The position numbers and the translations under genes were made by a program. Below are positions 12,422 to 26,113 of a stretch of DNA of 64,000 bases, in pieces (positions within the stretch are counted from its first letter, which is position 1; every line of letters starts with the position of its first letter). The notes under the pieces were generated by a model. That model was not told the DNA's origin, ran no database searches, and saw only the letters and a program-made list of their open reading frames with translations. Source of the DNA: Paragordius varius (Eukaryota; Animalia; Nematomorpha); NCBI GenBank assembly GCA_964247055.1, contig OZ176056.1, positions 1,426,001 through 1,490,000 on the forward strand, given 5' to 3'.

Positions 12422-14898
12422 ATATAAAAGACTAGTTTTTTATCGATACAACAAAAACTTACAGTACCGTATTTTGTTTTTCATATACTCCCAATTTGCC
12501 TTTCTCACTCTTATTTTTGTCATATATCTTATTCTCCACGTCTCGATTCCAATTATAAAAGAATTGCAACCATTACCATTATTTTGCAATATTTATTAAT
12601 GTTTTATTAAATAATACATATATAACCCATAAAAATGGGGGTCATAACACCTTACAAAATAAAAAATAAATAATTTTAATCGTATACAATATTCAAATAT
12701 TGTATATTTTATTTATTAATAATGTTATATATTTTGATATAAATCAATTAAGGCAGACACATCGATTCCGTATACTACCTTCAATTTTTTAACCAAATTA
12801 AAAGTTATTGGCAGTTATTTCAAAAATACGAAAATCTAAAAATTAAAATTACAGTGGACAAAACGTAAAAACTAAAAACATATAAGTTTTATAAAAAATT
12901 ACCATATTTCTTAACCTTATTTTATAGAATCACCGTTTTTAAGTGCTGACACTATCATATTATATACTTAAAAATATTTATTTTTGTAGTCGGTTGTCTT
13001 TTTAGATTGTTATTTAATTTTTGTTTTATCTGTAAATAATTTTTATTGTAAAATCGTAAATAAAAATTTAAATGTGCACCAAATCGGGCAAGGTGTTATG
13101 AAAAATACCCAATTATATATATTCTAAAAAAATGATAAGACTTCTATGCTGCTTTCGTTTTGGATCTTACTAAAAGATTGCTAAAAACTGACGGTCCTAA
13201 AATAAATGATTCCCCTAAAATAACGGAACTGAGATCGCACACAAAAATGAACACCTATGACATTAAAAAAAATGTTTTAAAACTAAGATTTTGGCAAAAT
13301 TTTATGGAAAACGTATCGCAAGCCATTTCAAACATACATGACGAACGCTGTTTAATACGCTTTAAAAAATTATGAAAAGACTTTTTTTATATTATTTTAT
13401 AATGCTTAACATATCATCCCAGAATTTCGATTAAAAAATAGTTTGTTCAAGTTTAAGCGTTCGTCATGTATGTCCAACTTTTCAATAGTAATGTGAGGAA
13501 AACTGGATCTGCTATTGGTTTTAAATTTGAAATCATGCGACGACCAAATCATTTTGTATTTTTAAGGGTTAAAAATTTCCCACAAAGAATGCGTTTTTTT
13601 GGTCAACTGGTTCTGGCAATTCCATAAGTTTTTTAATTTCTAATGCGAACAAGTATAAATTATATGATTTGAATTCCAAAGTTAAAATTTATTAGTTTAA
13701 ATATTTTTGGTAATTTTTATTTCTTTCAATTCCTTTAATTTATCAAAAACGTAGTTTTTCGCTAATATCTTATAAATTAATATATTTATTGATATTATAA
13801 TTTATATTAAAATACGTGTGGATCGTGCTTACTAAGAGTTTTATTGTATAAGCTTTCTCGTAACTATTAGGATATATAAATATATATAATAAAAAAGAAT
13901 TCCATCTAAAATTTAATCAAAAAACGAACAAATTTTCAAATATTATATTAATTTCTTTAAAAACTAAAAAAAAATAAAAAAATTGGAGTTGAATCACGCA
14001 GTGCACGGTTTCGTTCCATGCCTTCTTAAATTAAGATTTTTTTGTATTAAAAAATTAGTTTAATAAGCTTAAGAACACGTTTTTTTTGGCCGCTTAATTT
14101 TTATATTATGTGTATAAATATATTTTTATTTCATGATAAATTAGGAATTTTAAAAATTAAATATATAATATATTTTATATTATTAATATTTTTTATCATT
14201 ATTATCATCTTTGATTATTTTCGTTAGTTTGATGTTAAATATAAAATTCTGAGACCTAATGCCAAGGTAAATATTAATTTAATACATTTTACCCAAATTT
14301 CGAGAATCCCAAAAATTATAATAATAAATATATATATTTGAGATATGTAATTTCGTATTTTTCATAATATTAAAGCCAATTTTTATATTTAATTCAATTT
14401 TTGACCAATATTTCGATAATTTTTATAAATAAATAACCTAACAAAAAAGCATTAAAAAATATCCATTGTCATTTGCTATTTTTTAAAAGCCATAAATTTT
14501 TATTTTCTTCAGTAAGCCTATTTATAATTTCACAAATACGAGAAAAAAATGTTTATTTTTAGGATGATTTCGTACAACTCTGTTTATAATTTTATTTCGG
14601 TTTAAAAATTATTTATTGGTGCTTATTGGAGTAATTATTTTTATTTTTATAGTTTAAGTCGATAGATTTAAGGCCATTTAATACAATATAATTAAATTTA
14701 TTATTCTAATAACATTTAGCTTTTACGTAATTTAAATTATATTTTGTATATCATATCAATTTTTTCTAATATTAAATCTTTTAAATGCCATATTGAGTAA
14801 TTTTTGAATGTATTTAAAAAAACTAACCAAACTGAATGATTTATATCTATTTTTCTCGAAATATTTTAATTTCTCAACATAAATTAAAATATTATATA

Positions 14899-15173
14899 CA
14901 GTAAAAATTGAAATTATACTATGGACAAAACGTAAAAATATAAAAACAAATATTTTTTCTAAAAAAGCGACCATATTTTTTAAATCTTAATTATTTTAAA
15001 TGTTCTTAAAAAAGTATAAAATAGAGATGAAAATTGGTAACACAATCCATTTTGTTTTAGACGATTGTAATTATAAGATTTTTAAGGGATAAATTGAGGT
15101 TTAAAAAGTACGGTTGTCTTTTGAAAAAGTCTTTAAATTTTGTGTTTTGTCCGTATAATTTCATTTTTTACTG
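14899..15173. mobile_element. Palindromic MITE family A (Tc1/mariner-like ends), type copy
   Basis: TA|CAGTAAAAATTGAAATTATAC...GGACAAAACGTAAAAA on the left, the inverse on the right ending TTTTTACTG|TA, with TA flanks on both sides. Confidence 0.8.
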
Positions 15174-15871
15174 TAACTTTCATAATATTAATTAAATTTC
15201 TGTAAATATAAGGTTATTTGTATAATGGTTAAATACAATGCTCGTAGGATCCTTAGAGATACAAAATCGTCAAAAAAATATCTAAAACTTTTTTAGCCCG
15301 TATTCATTTAAGTTATTAGGAAAAATACAATCTTAAAGAAATAACTAATACGCTAATTAGCTATATTATTGTATATATAGAGAAAATTCTTTCTCTTTAA
15401 GTTTTTTCCTAAAAAAATTATTTAACAAGATAATTATATATATTTCTTGCACAGTTTTTAGAATATTCTGTTAACAACTTAAAAAACTTATATAACCAAT
15501 AAAATCTTAAATACAATTTTAGCGATTGCTATACCATTTTCAGTCTAAAGTACATTCTTTCACCCAAACGCAACATTTTTTAACCCAATTACCTTTTTTC
15601 ATACACACGAAACACTTTTTCAAGCAAAAGCAACATTTTCCGGACACAATCGAAAAAATATTGCATTTGCTTGGATGAAAAAAGCTTCCATTTGTTTGAA
15701 AAAATGTTGCATTTGGATAAAAAAATGTTTTTTGACTGAAAAAATATATATAAACGCAAATAATTCACTATTTAAAAATTTATTTAAATTAATAATAAAA
15801 GAGAATATAAAAATTGGAAAAAGAATATGAGATGAGTTGCAATTATTAAAGAATATATATAATATAAATTA

Positions 15872-16126
15872 CAGAAGATGAAATTACACAGACAAAACTT
15901 GAAAATATAAAAACAGTTACTTTTCAAAAAGGTCACTGTACTTTGAAACTAGATTTTTTGAAATATAACTAACTCATTGTGTTAAAATGCAATGAGTAGT
16001 AAATGGTAATACTTATACATCTTATGTATTATAATCAAATAATTTTTATACAGAAAAATGTTAAAAAATTATATACTATGAGTTTTTATATTTTTACGTT
16101 TTGTCTGCCTCTAATTCAATTTACTG
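15872..16126. mobile_element. MITE family A copy, 25 nt downstream of the SIM stop codon
   Basis: TA|CAGAAGATGAAATTACACAGACAAAAC on the left and TTTTTACGTTTTGTCTGCC...TTTACTG|TA on the right. Confidence 0.7.
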
Positions 16127-16151
16127 TATCATTGCCCAAAAATATACATTG

Positions 16152-19100
16152 TTAATTATAGACGGGTGTGGTAAAAGTTGTATTTAGTTTAAAGCTTTCA
16201 TTGAAATCAACAACAATAGAAGAAGGATTAAAATATTGTTCATATTCAAAATTATTTGTAACTTTTTCGTTTGACAATTCAAAAATTGGATTGATATTAT
16301 CTATTTTTTGACGCTTGCAATCAGGAAAATCTTGAGAATTTTCGGGTAAGCTGTTTTTGGGAACTTTAAGTTTATTTTGGGAACTATCAAATCGACGTTT
16401 CGTTTCCCATGTATTTGTGTAATTTTCGGTAAAATCCCCAACATTTTTAGAAGTTAAAAGTTGTAATAATTTGCTGTTGTTTTCATTCGTATTTTTATTG
16501 ATATTGGTATCTATTTTATTAATTAAGGATTGGTTTGAAATTGGTGGCGATATTTTCTTTTGATTTGCTACTTTAATGGGATTTGAATTATTCATTCTGT
16601 GGGTATATCCTTGATTTTTGCATTGAACTGAGGATTGAGAGATAGGCTCTTGTAAATCGCTAAAATATATATAAAATATATTTAATATGTTTAGTTTTAA
16701 ACGCTCATTTAATATAATTTATTAAACAATAATTAAGCAAGAACTTTAGATATTCAGCAACCATAATAATTAAAAGAATACATTTTTTGTAATTACAAGA
16801 GAATGATAGAATCACATGTAGATATTATAAAAATTGCATAATATAGCACAATTTTTGGCGTAAAAATTCCTAAAGGTGACATTTTAGATGTAGCTTCTTA
16901 TAAATTGGGCCAAACTTAATATGTACTAATAAAATTATATAAAATAAAATTACTTTAAGACATAGTTGACAGAAACGATACAATGAGGGCGGGAAGATCT
17001 ATTATTATGAACTAGAGTACAATGACTATACATCCACACCCATGGGCTCTTAGAAAACTGTTTAGTATCATTGTTGGAAGAAACATTATTGAAATTTAAG
17101 GCATTTTTCATATTATCCTGTTTAGTTTGAATATCTTTTGGGGAATTTTCTACGCCTTCAAATTTGTTCTTTATATCGGATTCAGAAGAATTTGGGCAAA
17201 ATAGAGATTTGGCCAAAAATCTGTAGTATGGTGTACGGGCTTGGCCTTTTTTCAACACTAAATTATTTAAAAAAATATTTATCAAAAAAAATTATTAATA
17301 TTAAAATATTTTCAATAAAATATAATGTCCGAAATCTGATATATGACTGTATTAATATTTTGTATAAAAATAAATTTATAATTGAATTGATTGTAAAGCG
17401 TGTAGGCAAACTAAATCAATTAAAAAAATTAGCCTAAAATAAACCCTAAACAAAAAATTAAAAATTATTTTTTTTTGTAAACTAAAATTTACATGATTGG
17501 TGAGTTTTCTGAAGGCCAGGCAGATCATGTGGATGAACGAAGGAATATAAACTTTTTTCTACCAAGTCTTGCGGTTCATACCCAATCAAATTAGTAACTC
17601 TAATTATATGAAATTTAGTAAAAACTATCGAAAAATCAATTTACTATATAGAACAGGGGTTTCCAACACACCGCCCGCGGAAAACTCAAAATCCATAGCA
17701 AAAATATGCTCACAAAATCCTATAAAATCCATATTTCTCAAACAATTTTTTAAATAAAAGTTTATGCTATTGTACAAAAACTAGAAAAGAATTTTATATG
17801 GTGTTTGCGTTTTATAGTTTCACGTAAAATTGGGTATGAATTAATTAATGCCCATATAAAATCCGAATGCGGCCCACGAAACCATTTGTTGGACCCGTGA
17901 AAGCTTTAAGATTTGCCTGACCAAAGCTGACAGTTTTGTTAAAGAATTACGCAGTTTAGGGTTTAGAACCCTAAATATTAATATATTTCTGTATGAACCA
18001 ACAAATTGTAAAAAAATTTATGCGATATTTGCCAAAATATATTAGATTTACTATTTACCGTTCACACAAATCAATAAATCACACCAAAATCATCTTAAAA
18101 GAAAATTTAATATATATCTGCGAAAACAACCAAACCACTATATACCTAGCTTCTAGAAATATGAGTTTAAGGTCTAAGCTCATTCGCCACATAAACATAT
18201 CGGTGTGTAATTTAATTTCAGTTACTGCACTAGCTGGAAAAGAGTAGGCTAAAGCCAATAGACCATCACATTTCAAACTTAAATTTTGCTCGGGGTTTCT
18301 TAAAGAATTATCAAAATTTTTATAAGATGATGAATTATTTTCGGATTCGTGGTTAAAATCGTGGTTTGGAGAATTGCTGCTTGAGTTTTCTGTAACTGTC
18401 AGCATTGTAGAAGGGCCCGTGGAATAGGGTAGAGCTTTTTTGGGGGGACGAACCAAAGACCATTTCATGTAACCGTTACAATGGATTGCCTAATTTTTAA
18501 AAAAGAATTTATAATATATATATATATATAGTAAAGTTTCTCCTTAAAGAGGCTTATTTTACCCTTTTACACCTCATATTCACCCTTAAATATTTCATAT
18601 TTATTACGCTAAAAATAAATTATGTGGTTTAGGCTTATATAAATTATTAATAACATTGTTTTTTCTTTGTATAATTTATTATCTATCCTGTATATTTTAT
18701 GTTAATTATAAACGAAGTTTCATCTTTTAAACATATCAAATAGGTAATTTTGTATATTCAAAAACACATAATTTATGTTAGTGGAATATGAAATGATAGA
18801 GGGTGAATTTGAAATGTTTTAGAGTATGGATATTTTAAGATTTTTAGGTATGTTCCCATTTGGAAAACTTCGTCCCACTTTTAAAATTTAGAGTTTGTTG
18901 AAATCTTTATTTAAATTTTTATTTAAAGTACAGGGAATTTCATTATGAAAAAATATAAAATTTCTGTAACCAGTTTAGTAAGTAACCTTAATATAAGTTC
19001 TTACTTTATAGCCATTAGAGGTCAGGCCTGCATTACGTTTGGCAAGAACACATTTAATCCTCACACAAAAACTGTATGGCACAGAAATTTCTAAAAAAAT

Positions 19101-22100
19101 TAAATATGTTATTATTATAAATAATTGGTATTTTAAAAAAATTCAAAAGATAAATTTAAAATTTGCGATGACATAAAAGACTTTTTTTACAAAAGACCTA
19201 ACCATACTTTTTTACACCTTGATATTTTTTACATAGACTATTCAGGGATGTCCAACATGCTTTTTTGGTAAACAAAAGTACTCTAAAAAAATATCACATC
19301 CAAAACTGGGCTTAAAATGATTAAAAAACCTAAAATTATCAAAGCAACCACAAAGGGATTTGTGTTGGACACCCCTGGGGACTACATAGACACAGATGTA
19401 AAATATAATTCTATTTATATATTAAGCAATTCAAAATAATAGGCTATAATGACAAAAAATAAGTTTAAAAAATTACAGCGGTCTTTTGCATAAAATATGT
19501 CTTTATAATTTGACGTTTTTAATAGTATACTTATAATTTTAACTCCATAATAAATAATTTATTATTATTAAAGCATAAAATTTATTTAAACTTCAATCTT
19601 AAATCAATTACTTACCCGATATTTTGCCTTGCAACAAATTCTTGTACTCTGTATGATTTTGTAAAACATAGGAAGGATTTAAAGCGTTCATGTTTAACAT
19701 TTCACTCAGTTCGTCTTGGTCATCGGGGTGAATGTATTCATAAATACTATTTCCAGTTAATTCCACCTATATAATTTTTAAGTAAAGTAAAAATTGAAAT
19801 TACACGACGGACAAAACGTAAAATGTTAATACATATGTTATTTCTTAAAAGACCCAAAATGGAAAATAAATGAATTTGTTATTGGGCAATCAATTATGCA
19901 AATTACTTTTTTTAGATAATTTATTAAAAATTAAAAAAAAGTATGGCTATTGTCTCTAAAAAAATATTTGTCTTTTTTTACGTTTTGTCCATATAGTTAT
20001 TTTAAATTCTACTGTATAATTATTTATTGTTTTGTTTTAGCGATTCCGCCGGACAAAAGTAATTAATTCCATAAAAAATGTGACAATGTAACCGATTGTC
20101 GGCATTATAAATTTTTTTCATTTTACTATGTAAAAAATCGAAAAAGACTGTTTTAAGAACAAATTTTTCTATAGAGCATAAAAACTTTCACAATGTGCGT
20201 ATTAAATCATTTAATTTTACAACATTGCGGATGTTTCATTGTGATACTATTTTTAAATTTAGTAAAATAAAACACTTATAAAAATTTATTTTTTTGGATC
20301 ATAGTTTAATAAAATGATTGCAACATTGAACTAAAATTTTATTTTTACAAAAAAAATTAACAGATGATTAACAAATACTTGAGATAAGCCTAAATGGACT
20401 GAGGCAGTTTCTGAAATGTAAACAATTTTTCCATCGGGCGAAAGAATGAATAGAAAACCTTCTAAAGTCTAATTATATAAAAAAATTACATAAAAATTGA
20501 TTATTTTTTCATCATGTATATTTATAAATTTTAAAATTTTTTGGGTTACCTGTAAAAGATGAGAGCCTATATCTTTAGCCAATAATTCTGCCGGAGTGTG
20601 CTTGATTAATGGCATACGACCCCAGTCATCTCCATTGACTAATTATTAAAATTAAAAAAATATTATTTTTAATTAAAATTTAAATGTTTACTTAAAATTA
20701 TTTATAATACAGATAAAAATTGAAAATTTACCTAAAAGACAAATATTATCTAAAACACCACCATACTTTTATAAACCTTGATTTTCCATATTTAAAAGTT
20801 ATTTACAATTATTAGGTTGATAATTTAAATCTCAATTATTTTTCCCAAGGGTTGTATTAAAAAAATCAGGGATTAAAGTTTACTATAATTTTTGTCTGCA
20901 TTTTTTATAAAAAATTTGGAATTTTATAATTTTTATAAAAATTTCACCAAAAGGTACCCTTGAATTATATATTTTATCTGCCTTTTTAATATAATATTTA
21001 TATTATTCTCCAAAATAAATATATAATTATATAAAGATAATTGGTATTGATTTTCAATTTATTTTTATTTAAGCAAGTAAGTAGCCTTTTAATATATATT
21101 AAATGATAATTTGTAAAGTAATAATTTTTTCTCATAATGATAAATAATTATATTAACTATTTTTATTATATATAAATATGTTCTCATCTACTAATAAAAA
21201 TATATATATAAGCAAGCCACAAAAATGTTTTTTGGCGTTGCTTGGGAATTTTTTGGTAACCAAAAATTCTAATTTGAATTAAAATATATTTATTGTTCGA
21301 AATTTTTGAAATACTAACTCTATTCCGATTTTAGGATTAAAAAATTTTTTCATGGCAAATTTTTAATTAAATTTTTTTTCAAAAAATTATTTATAAATTT
21401 TATAAACGTTTCATTTATTTTATTTAATTGTGTTGTTATTAATAAAATTAAACATCTAATATGTTATTATGTTTTGTAGCATCAAACATATTTCCCGATT
21501 TTAACTTAATAATGATTTGTTTTAAGCCAACAAATTATATTAAGAAGTCTACGCTGCTGTAAAATATAGCCTGGTCTGGTATACAATTTAAACGTTTTTT
21601 TATCAAAAATGTGTCCATAAACTAAATTTTGGATAAAATTATTTAAATATATAAATTTTAAAATAACGACAAACATTTTTCTAAAATACCGCTGTTTTCT
21701 TTTAAACAAGATTTTTTTGATTCCAACATTGTTTTAAATCGTTGCAAAGTATGAAATCGAGATGTAGTATATTCGCAATACTCTCAATTACATATTTTAC
21801 AATTGGAATTCAAGAATTTTTAATATAAATCAAAATATTAAGATTTAACAAAGTATGGGTTTTCTTTTACTATAAAATACTTAAAATTTTCACTTTTACC
21901 ATAAATACTATGAAATTTTGTACGTTTTAACGCAAAAAAACCCCCACATAATAATTGCATACTTTTAGGGACGATTTGACGGATCTTAAGGTAACTTGTC
22001 GTTAGTCGAATAACTGAAGCCTTATCTAATTGACTCGTTATAGCGGTTGGGATTGGTAAAAGTTTTGAAAGTTCTATAAATTCGGCATTTTCTTTCTCAC

Positions 22101-23978
22101 GGCGGGAACGGGCTGCAGTTTTAGATTTTTCTTTACCCAATACGCTTTCACAAATATTGCTATCTCCATCAGTTGAGTTTGCTGAGTTTTGTGGGAAAAC
22201 GTATTTTTTTGCCTCAATCGTCGTCGACGATGAATATAAATTATGACTTTGTGTTAAGTTAACTGGTGGCGTGGTGTCAATCATTATTTTGTTGTAATTC
22301 AAAAAATGTTTTTTTGGAATTTTTTCATTAAAATCGTTTTTATGGCTAGAATTATTGTAAGGATAATTAAAAGTAGTTTGATTGGAACCGTCATCAAATA
22401 TCATTTTTAAACAATCTTCTTTGCGATTTAGGGGTGACTTGGGTCGAGTGTAATTTTGATTTTGCCTATTTTACATATATTTATATAGATATATATAAAA
22501 TATGGAATTATTCAAAAAGACAAAACACCTATCTAAAATAATTGGTTCTACAATAACTATATATATTTCTTATTGAGGGATTTCTAGAAATTTATTAAGA
22601 TTTTCTATAATTTTTTTAACTTTCAAACTTTCTAACTTTGGCATTTAGCCAAAAAATGTAAAAGTTTTATAGAATGATAGTTTAAAGCAAGAGATCTATT
22701 TGTCATAAAACCACAAATTAATAAGAGAAAATAATGGTTATAGAAAAGTTTTACAATGTGGAAAAACGAAACGTTAAGTTAATTTAATTTAATTTGTCCA
22801 GAGTTTTTAATTTGGAGGCAAAAAAAAGTTTTTTTTGGTGATTTATGAGTATTTTATTTTATTAATGCTTTTATTACTATAAAATACTAATCTAAGGCTC
22901 ACTAACTATTGAAAAAATATTAAAATTTAATAAATATTAGAAGTTGGAAATTTTTTATAAAAAAATTAAATTTCAAGTGATTTTAATGGTTTTTTATGCT
23001 ATAATTATATCGTAAAGAGATCGGGAATTTTTTTGAAACTTTTAACTGTAAAAATAAAATATTTCATACCTAATCTTAGATTTATTGAAAAGGTCCCTCA
23101 TAATATATAAAACATCTTGAAAAAACTTGTAAAATATCTTTTAAATTTTTTATATAATTTTGCACAAATTTATAAATTAAATCAATTAAGATGGCTTACA
23201 AATTATTTTTGTCGATGGGATTCATCATTGGAGGTATTAATGTATCCGAATTAGGTATGAGAAAATTAAAATTATTATTTTGGCCCTTTAATATTTTTGT
23301 TGTAACACCGCCGTTTTGAATGATAATATTGTCGCAACAATTTGGTGACAAAGATGGTTTTAAATCATTAGAATCGCGACAAATTTTATAATTGTAGTTT
23401 TTATTTTTGGACAAAACATTATTGTATTTGGGGGTTGTTTTTTCAATTGGATCTAATTCTGATTGAATAGGAAACGAGGGATTGTTCAGTAAAAATTTAT
23501 CCATCAAATAAGTTTGAAAGAAAGAGGGCTGATTTTGCCCCAAAAATATATCATTATTAGAAGTTGCGGAATTTTTTATAGAGTCAAAATTGTCTTTATA
23601 TTCTGAATACGACAGGGTTTTACGTTTCAAACAATTTTCGCCTATTTGTTCCTTTGTCTTTAAATGAGTTTTACCGCTGTAATATATTGTAGGATTTATG
23701 TCTGATTTTATTAACGACGTTGTTGAGAATGAGTAACCATAGCAACTGTGGTTTTTTAAGTTATTAATATTGTTATTAATCACATAATCAAAAGCGTTTG
23801 AATGCGTATTATATAGATAAGGAATATTGTTTAAATTAAAATTGCAATTATAATTTTGATTTGGTGACATAACTTTTTTTGGCGAATTCAACATTTCTGG
23901 CTCATAAAAGGCATTATTATTATTGCTGTTGTATTGAAACGGTATATAATAATGATTATTTATATTGGTTTCCATCAT
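16152..23978 (-). CDS. sim: Single-minded-type bHLH-PAS transcription factor, 10 exons, about 986 aa
   Basis: Exons (minus): 23978-23200, 22465-21963, 20638-20550, 20468-20379, 19766-19616, 19090-19005, 18489-18146, 17599-17493, 17257-16954, 16659-16152. All introns are GT-AG, phases join, and the total is 2961 nt. Diagnostic motifs: [27 protein letters not shown]...[89 protein letters not shown]. Exon 1 assignment rests on phase match and is less certain. Confidence 0.93.
17654..17899. mobile_element. hAT-like MITE family B in a SIM intron
   Basis: Ends CAGGGGTTTCCAAC and GTTGGACCCGTG, with subterminal ATGCGGCCC. No clear 8-bp target-site duplication was seen. Confidence 0.6.
18560..18820. 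repeat. Palindromic element family C (GGGTGAATTTGAA subrepeats), degenerate copy in a SIM intron
   Basis: ATTCACCCTT on the left and GAGGGTGAATTTGAAAT on the right, the same motif as at 43130-43480 and 60685-60955. Confidence 0.4.
19243..19377. mobile_element. hAT-like MITE family B in a SIM intron
   Basis: Inverted ends CAGGGATGTCCAACA and TGTTGGACACCCCTG. Confidence 0.65.
19785..20014. mobile_element. MITE family A copy in a SIM intron
   Basis: AGTAAAAATTGAAATTACAC...GGACAAAACGTAAAA, with the inverse end TTTACGTTTTGTCC...ACTG|TA. Confidence 0.7.
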
Positions 23979-24303
23979 TTAAAACGCAAGGAATTTAAAA
24001 CGAAATTACAGTTGAAAGATAGATTAGGCGTTGATTATATGGTTGAATTTCAAATTTTGGATGTTTGATGTGTTGAATAATTTTAATATATGTAAAGATG
24101 ATTGGCACACAATACAATTTTGAAAATTATAAATTGATATATATAATTTAAAATTTTAGGAGAATGGATAACTATATTTAAGTTAATAAAATAATAAGCA
24201 TACTAGAAATGATATTTAAAATATTTTTACAAATTTTAGCAATATTGTTTTATTTTCGTTTTCATATTGTAAGAAAATACATATTTTTGTATATAAACTA
24301 AAA

Positions 24304-24319
24304 GGCGACTTAAGGTCTG
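24304..24319 (+). promoter_or_regulatory. Smad composite element GGCGAC-TTAAG-GTCTG (matches the Mad/Medea/Schnurri silencer consensus GRCGNC-N5-GTCTG)
   Basis: Perfect consensus match 326 nt upstream of the predicted SIM ATG, with a paralogous site at 32425. Confidence 0.65.
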
Positions 24320-24577
24320 ATAAGGCATATATATATTTATATATACCTTTTCTACCTGTAAATATACATATATAATTTGCTAAAATAAAATAAAGAAAAT
24401 ATAATATTTTATTTTGAAAATTTTTTAATTTATTTTCAAAAAAAAGCAAATTGACCCTAAGAATTGGTTTAAAATTATATTTTGTTGCTTTTTTTGCTTC
24501 CGTTAATATTTTATTTCTTATTTAAAATTATTTATTTTATTTTCTAAATAGAAATGTGTTGAAATCTTAAAAAATAG

Positions 24578-24593
24578 GGGAAGTTCCACTTAA
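24578..24593 (+). promoter_or_regulatory. Conserved island: kappaB-like GGGAAGTTCC overlapping NK2-like CACTTAA
   Basis: Matches GGGRNNYYCC. The paralogous island GGGAAATTCCACTTAT is at 32661-32676. Identity of the binding factor is inference. Confidence 0.4.
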
Positions 24594-25873
24594 CACTAAA
24601 ACAATAGAATATTTTTTCAAGTATTTTTTTCTTTTGATTTATTATTTTTATAAAAATTTTATTTAAGTCTTTATAATAAAATATTTATTCAAATAAAAAT
24701 CATTTTTTATGAAAATTAAAAAATATTTAAAAAATTTTAAAACGTCAATCATATTTTAGTGTTTTGGCAGTTACTCATATAATGATATATTTTTACCTGT
24801 GCTTTAACTATTTTTTTTTATAAAATTTCAAGGATTTTTCAAATATATATTATATATATATATATTATTAATTTTAAATAAAACCTAAAATTAAAACTAT
24901 TTTTTGATCAGATAAAAAAGATATATATATGTATGGTTTAAACAAATAAAGTATGTGAAGAATTTATTTTAATAAAATTATTATAAATTTTGATTACATA
25001 ATAATATTTATTACAATAGAAACTTTGAATAATAGAAATATTGGTGATGATCTATATTTTAAAAGATATACATCTTGAAATTTTAAAGCAAACAAAAAAA
25101 TTTTTTTTACCTGCAAAATTATTTTTAAATATTAAATATATTTTAGAAAAAAAATTAATTCTGCTTTTTAGAGGATTAGATATATATAAAAAAAATTTTC
25201 CCCATTTTAATTTAATATTGTTATTAATCCTAAATAATTTTGTGGGGTTTTTTTATAATAAATTTTATTTTAAATACACAATATCTTTAAACTAAAGTCA
25301 CGTATTTTGATTTATAATTAAAAAAAATTTAAACAAAAAAACTTAAAAAGACAAAACCGACGACAATGTAAAAATAAATATTTTAAGTCGAACAAAAATA
25401 TATAAATATATTAGGTGATAGGATTAATTACAAAATAAAAATCGAAAATATTTTAAAAAAAAGTTTAAAAAGTTTTAAAATAAAAAAAATAAAAATCTAG
25501 AAATAGTTCGTTAACACTTTACAATTTTTTCTGTCTTAGAATTTTTTACCATAAAATTATATTATAATATTAAATTATTATAATTACTGTATAATTTTGT
25601 TTTTTTTTCTTTAATTTTATAAAAAAATAAAAAAATTTTTTTCAGTTAAATATATATATATTAGTTAGCGCGTGAGATGGCATAAATTAAATCTGTGGTA
25701 TAATATAACTTGTTGTTTTACATTAAATAAAAATTTAATTTTTTAGCTTAATTTTTAGTTTTTAAAATATATTAATATTATTAAATATATATATAAATTA
25801 TTTATAAATTTTTATTTATCAAATAAAAGTTTTAATTTTAATTTTCGGGGAAAAAATCCAAAATGAAAATTTT

Positions 25874-25889
25874 GGCGACAAAAAGTCTG
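25874..25889 (+). promoter_or_regulatory. Smad composite element GGCGAC-AAAAA-GTCTG
   Basis: Perfect GRCGNC-N5-GTCTG match, with a paralogous site at 34399. Confidence 0.65.
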
Positions 25890-25985
25890 ACAATACATAT
25901 AAAATAAAATTTTTTTTTTCCATTCACATCAACAATGGTAAAAATATATGCCCTTAAAACAAAAATTTTAATATAAATTATTTAA

Positions 25986-25990
<5 letters not shown>

Positions 25991-26032
<42 letters not shown>
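25991..26032. repeat. (AT)n microsatellite
   Basis: About 21 uninterrupted AT units. Shorter (AT)n runs occur elsewhere, for example near 5390, 30480, 30660, 30910 and 35480. Confidence 0.9.
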
Positions 26033-26040
<8 letters not shown>

Positions 26041-26098
26041 TATTCGCAAGGCAGGGGGTATCTAATTATTATGCCCCCCAAAAAATTTTATGTATATT

Positions 26099-26113
26099 AG
26101 ACACTTAGGCGAC
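26099..26113 (+). promoter_or_regulatory. Variant Smad composite AGAC-ACTTA-GGCGAC
   Basis: An SBE (AGAC) and a GC element are separated by exactly 5 nt, with a paralogous site at 34590. Confidence 0.5.
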
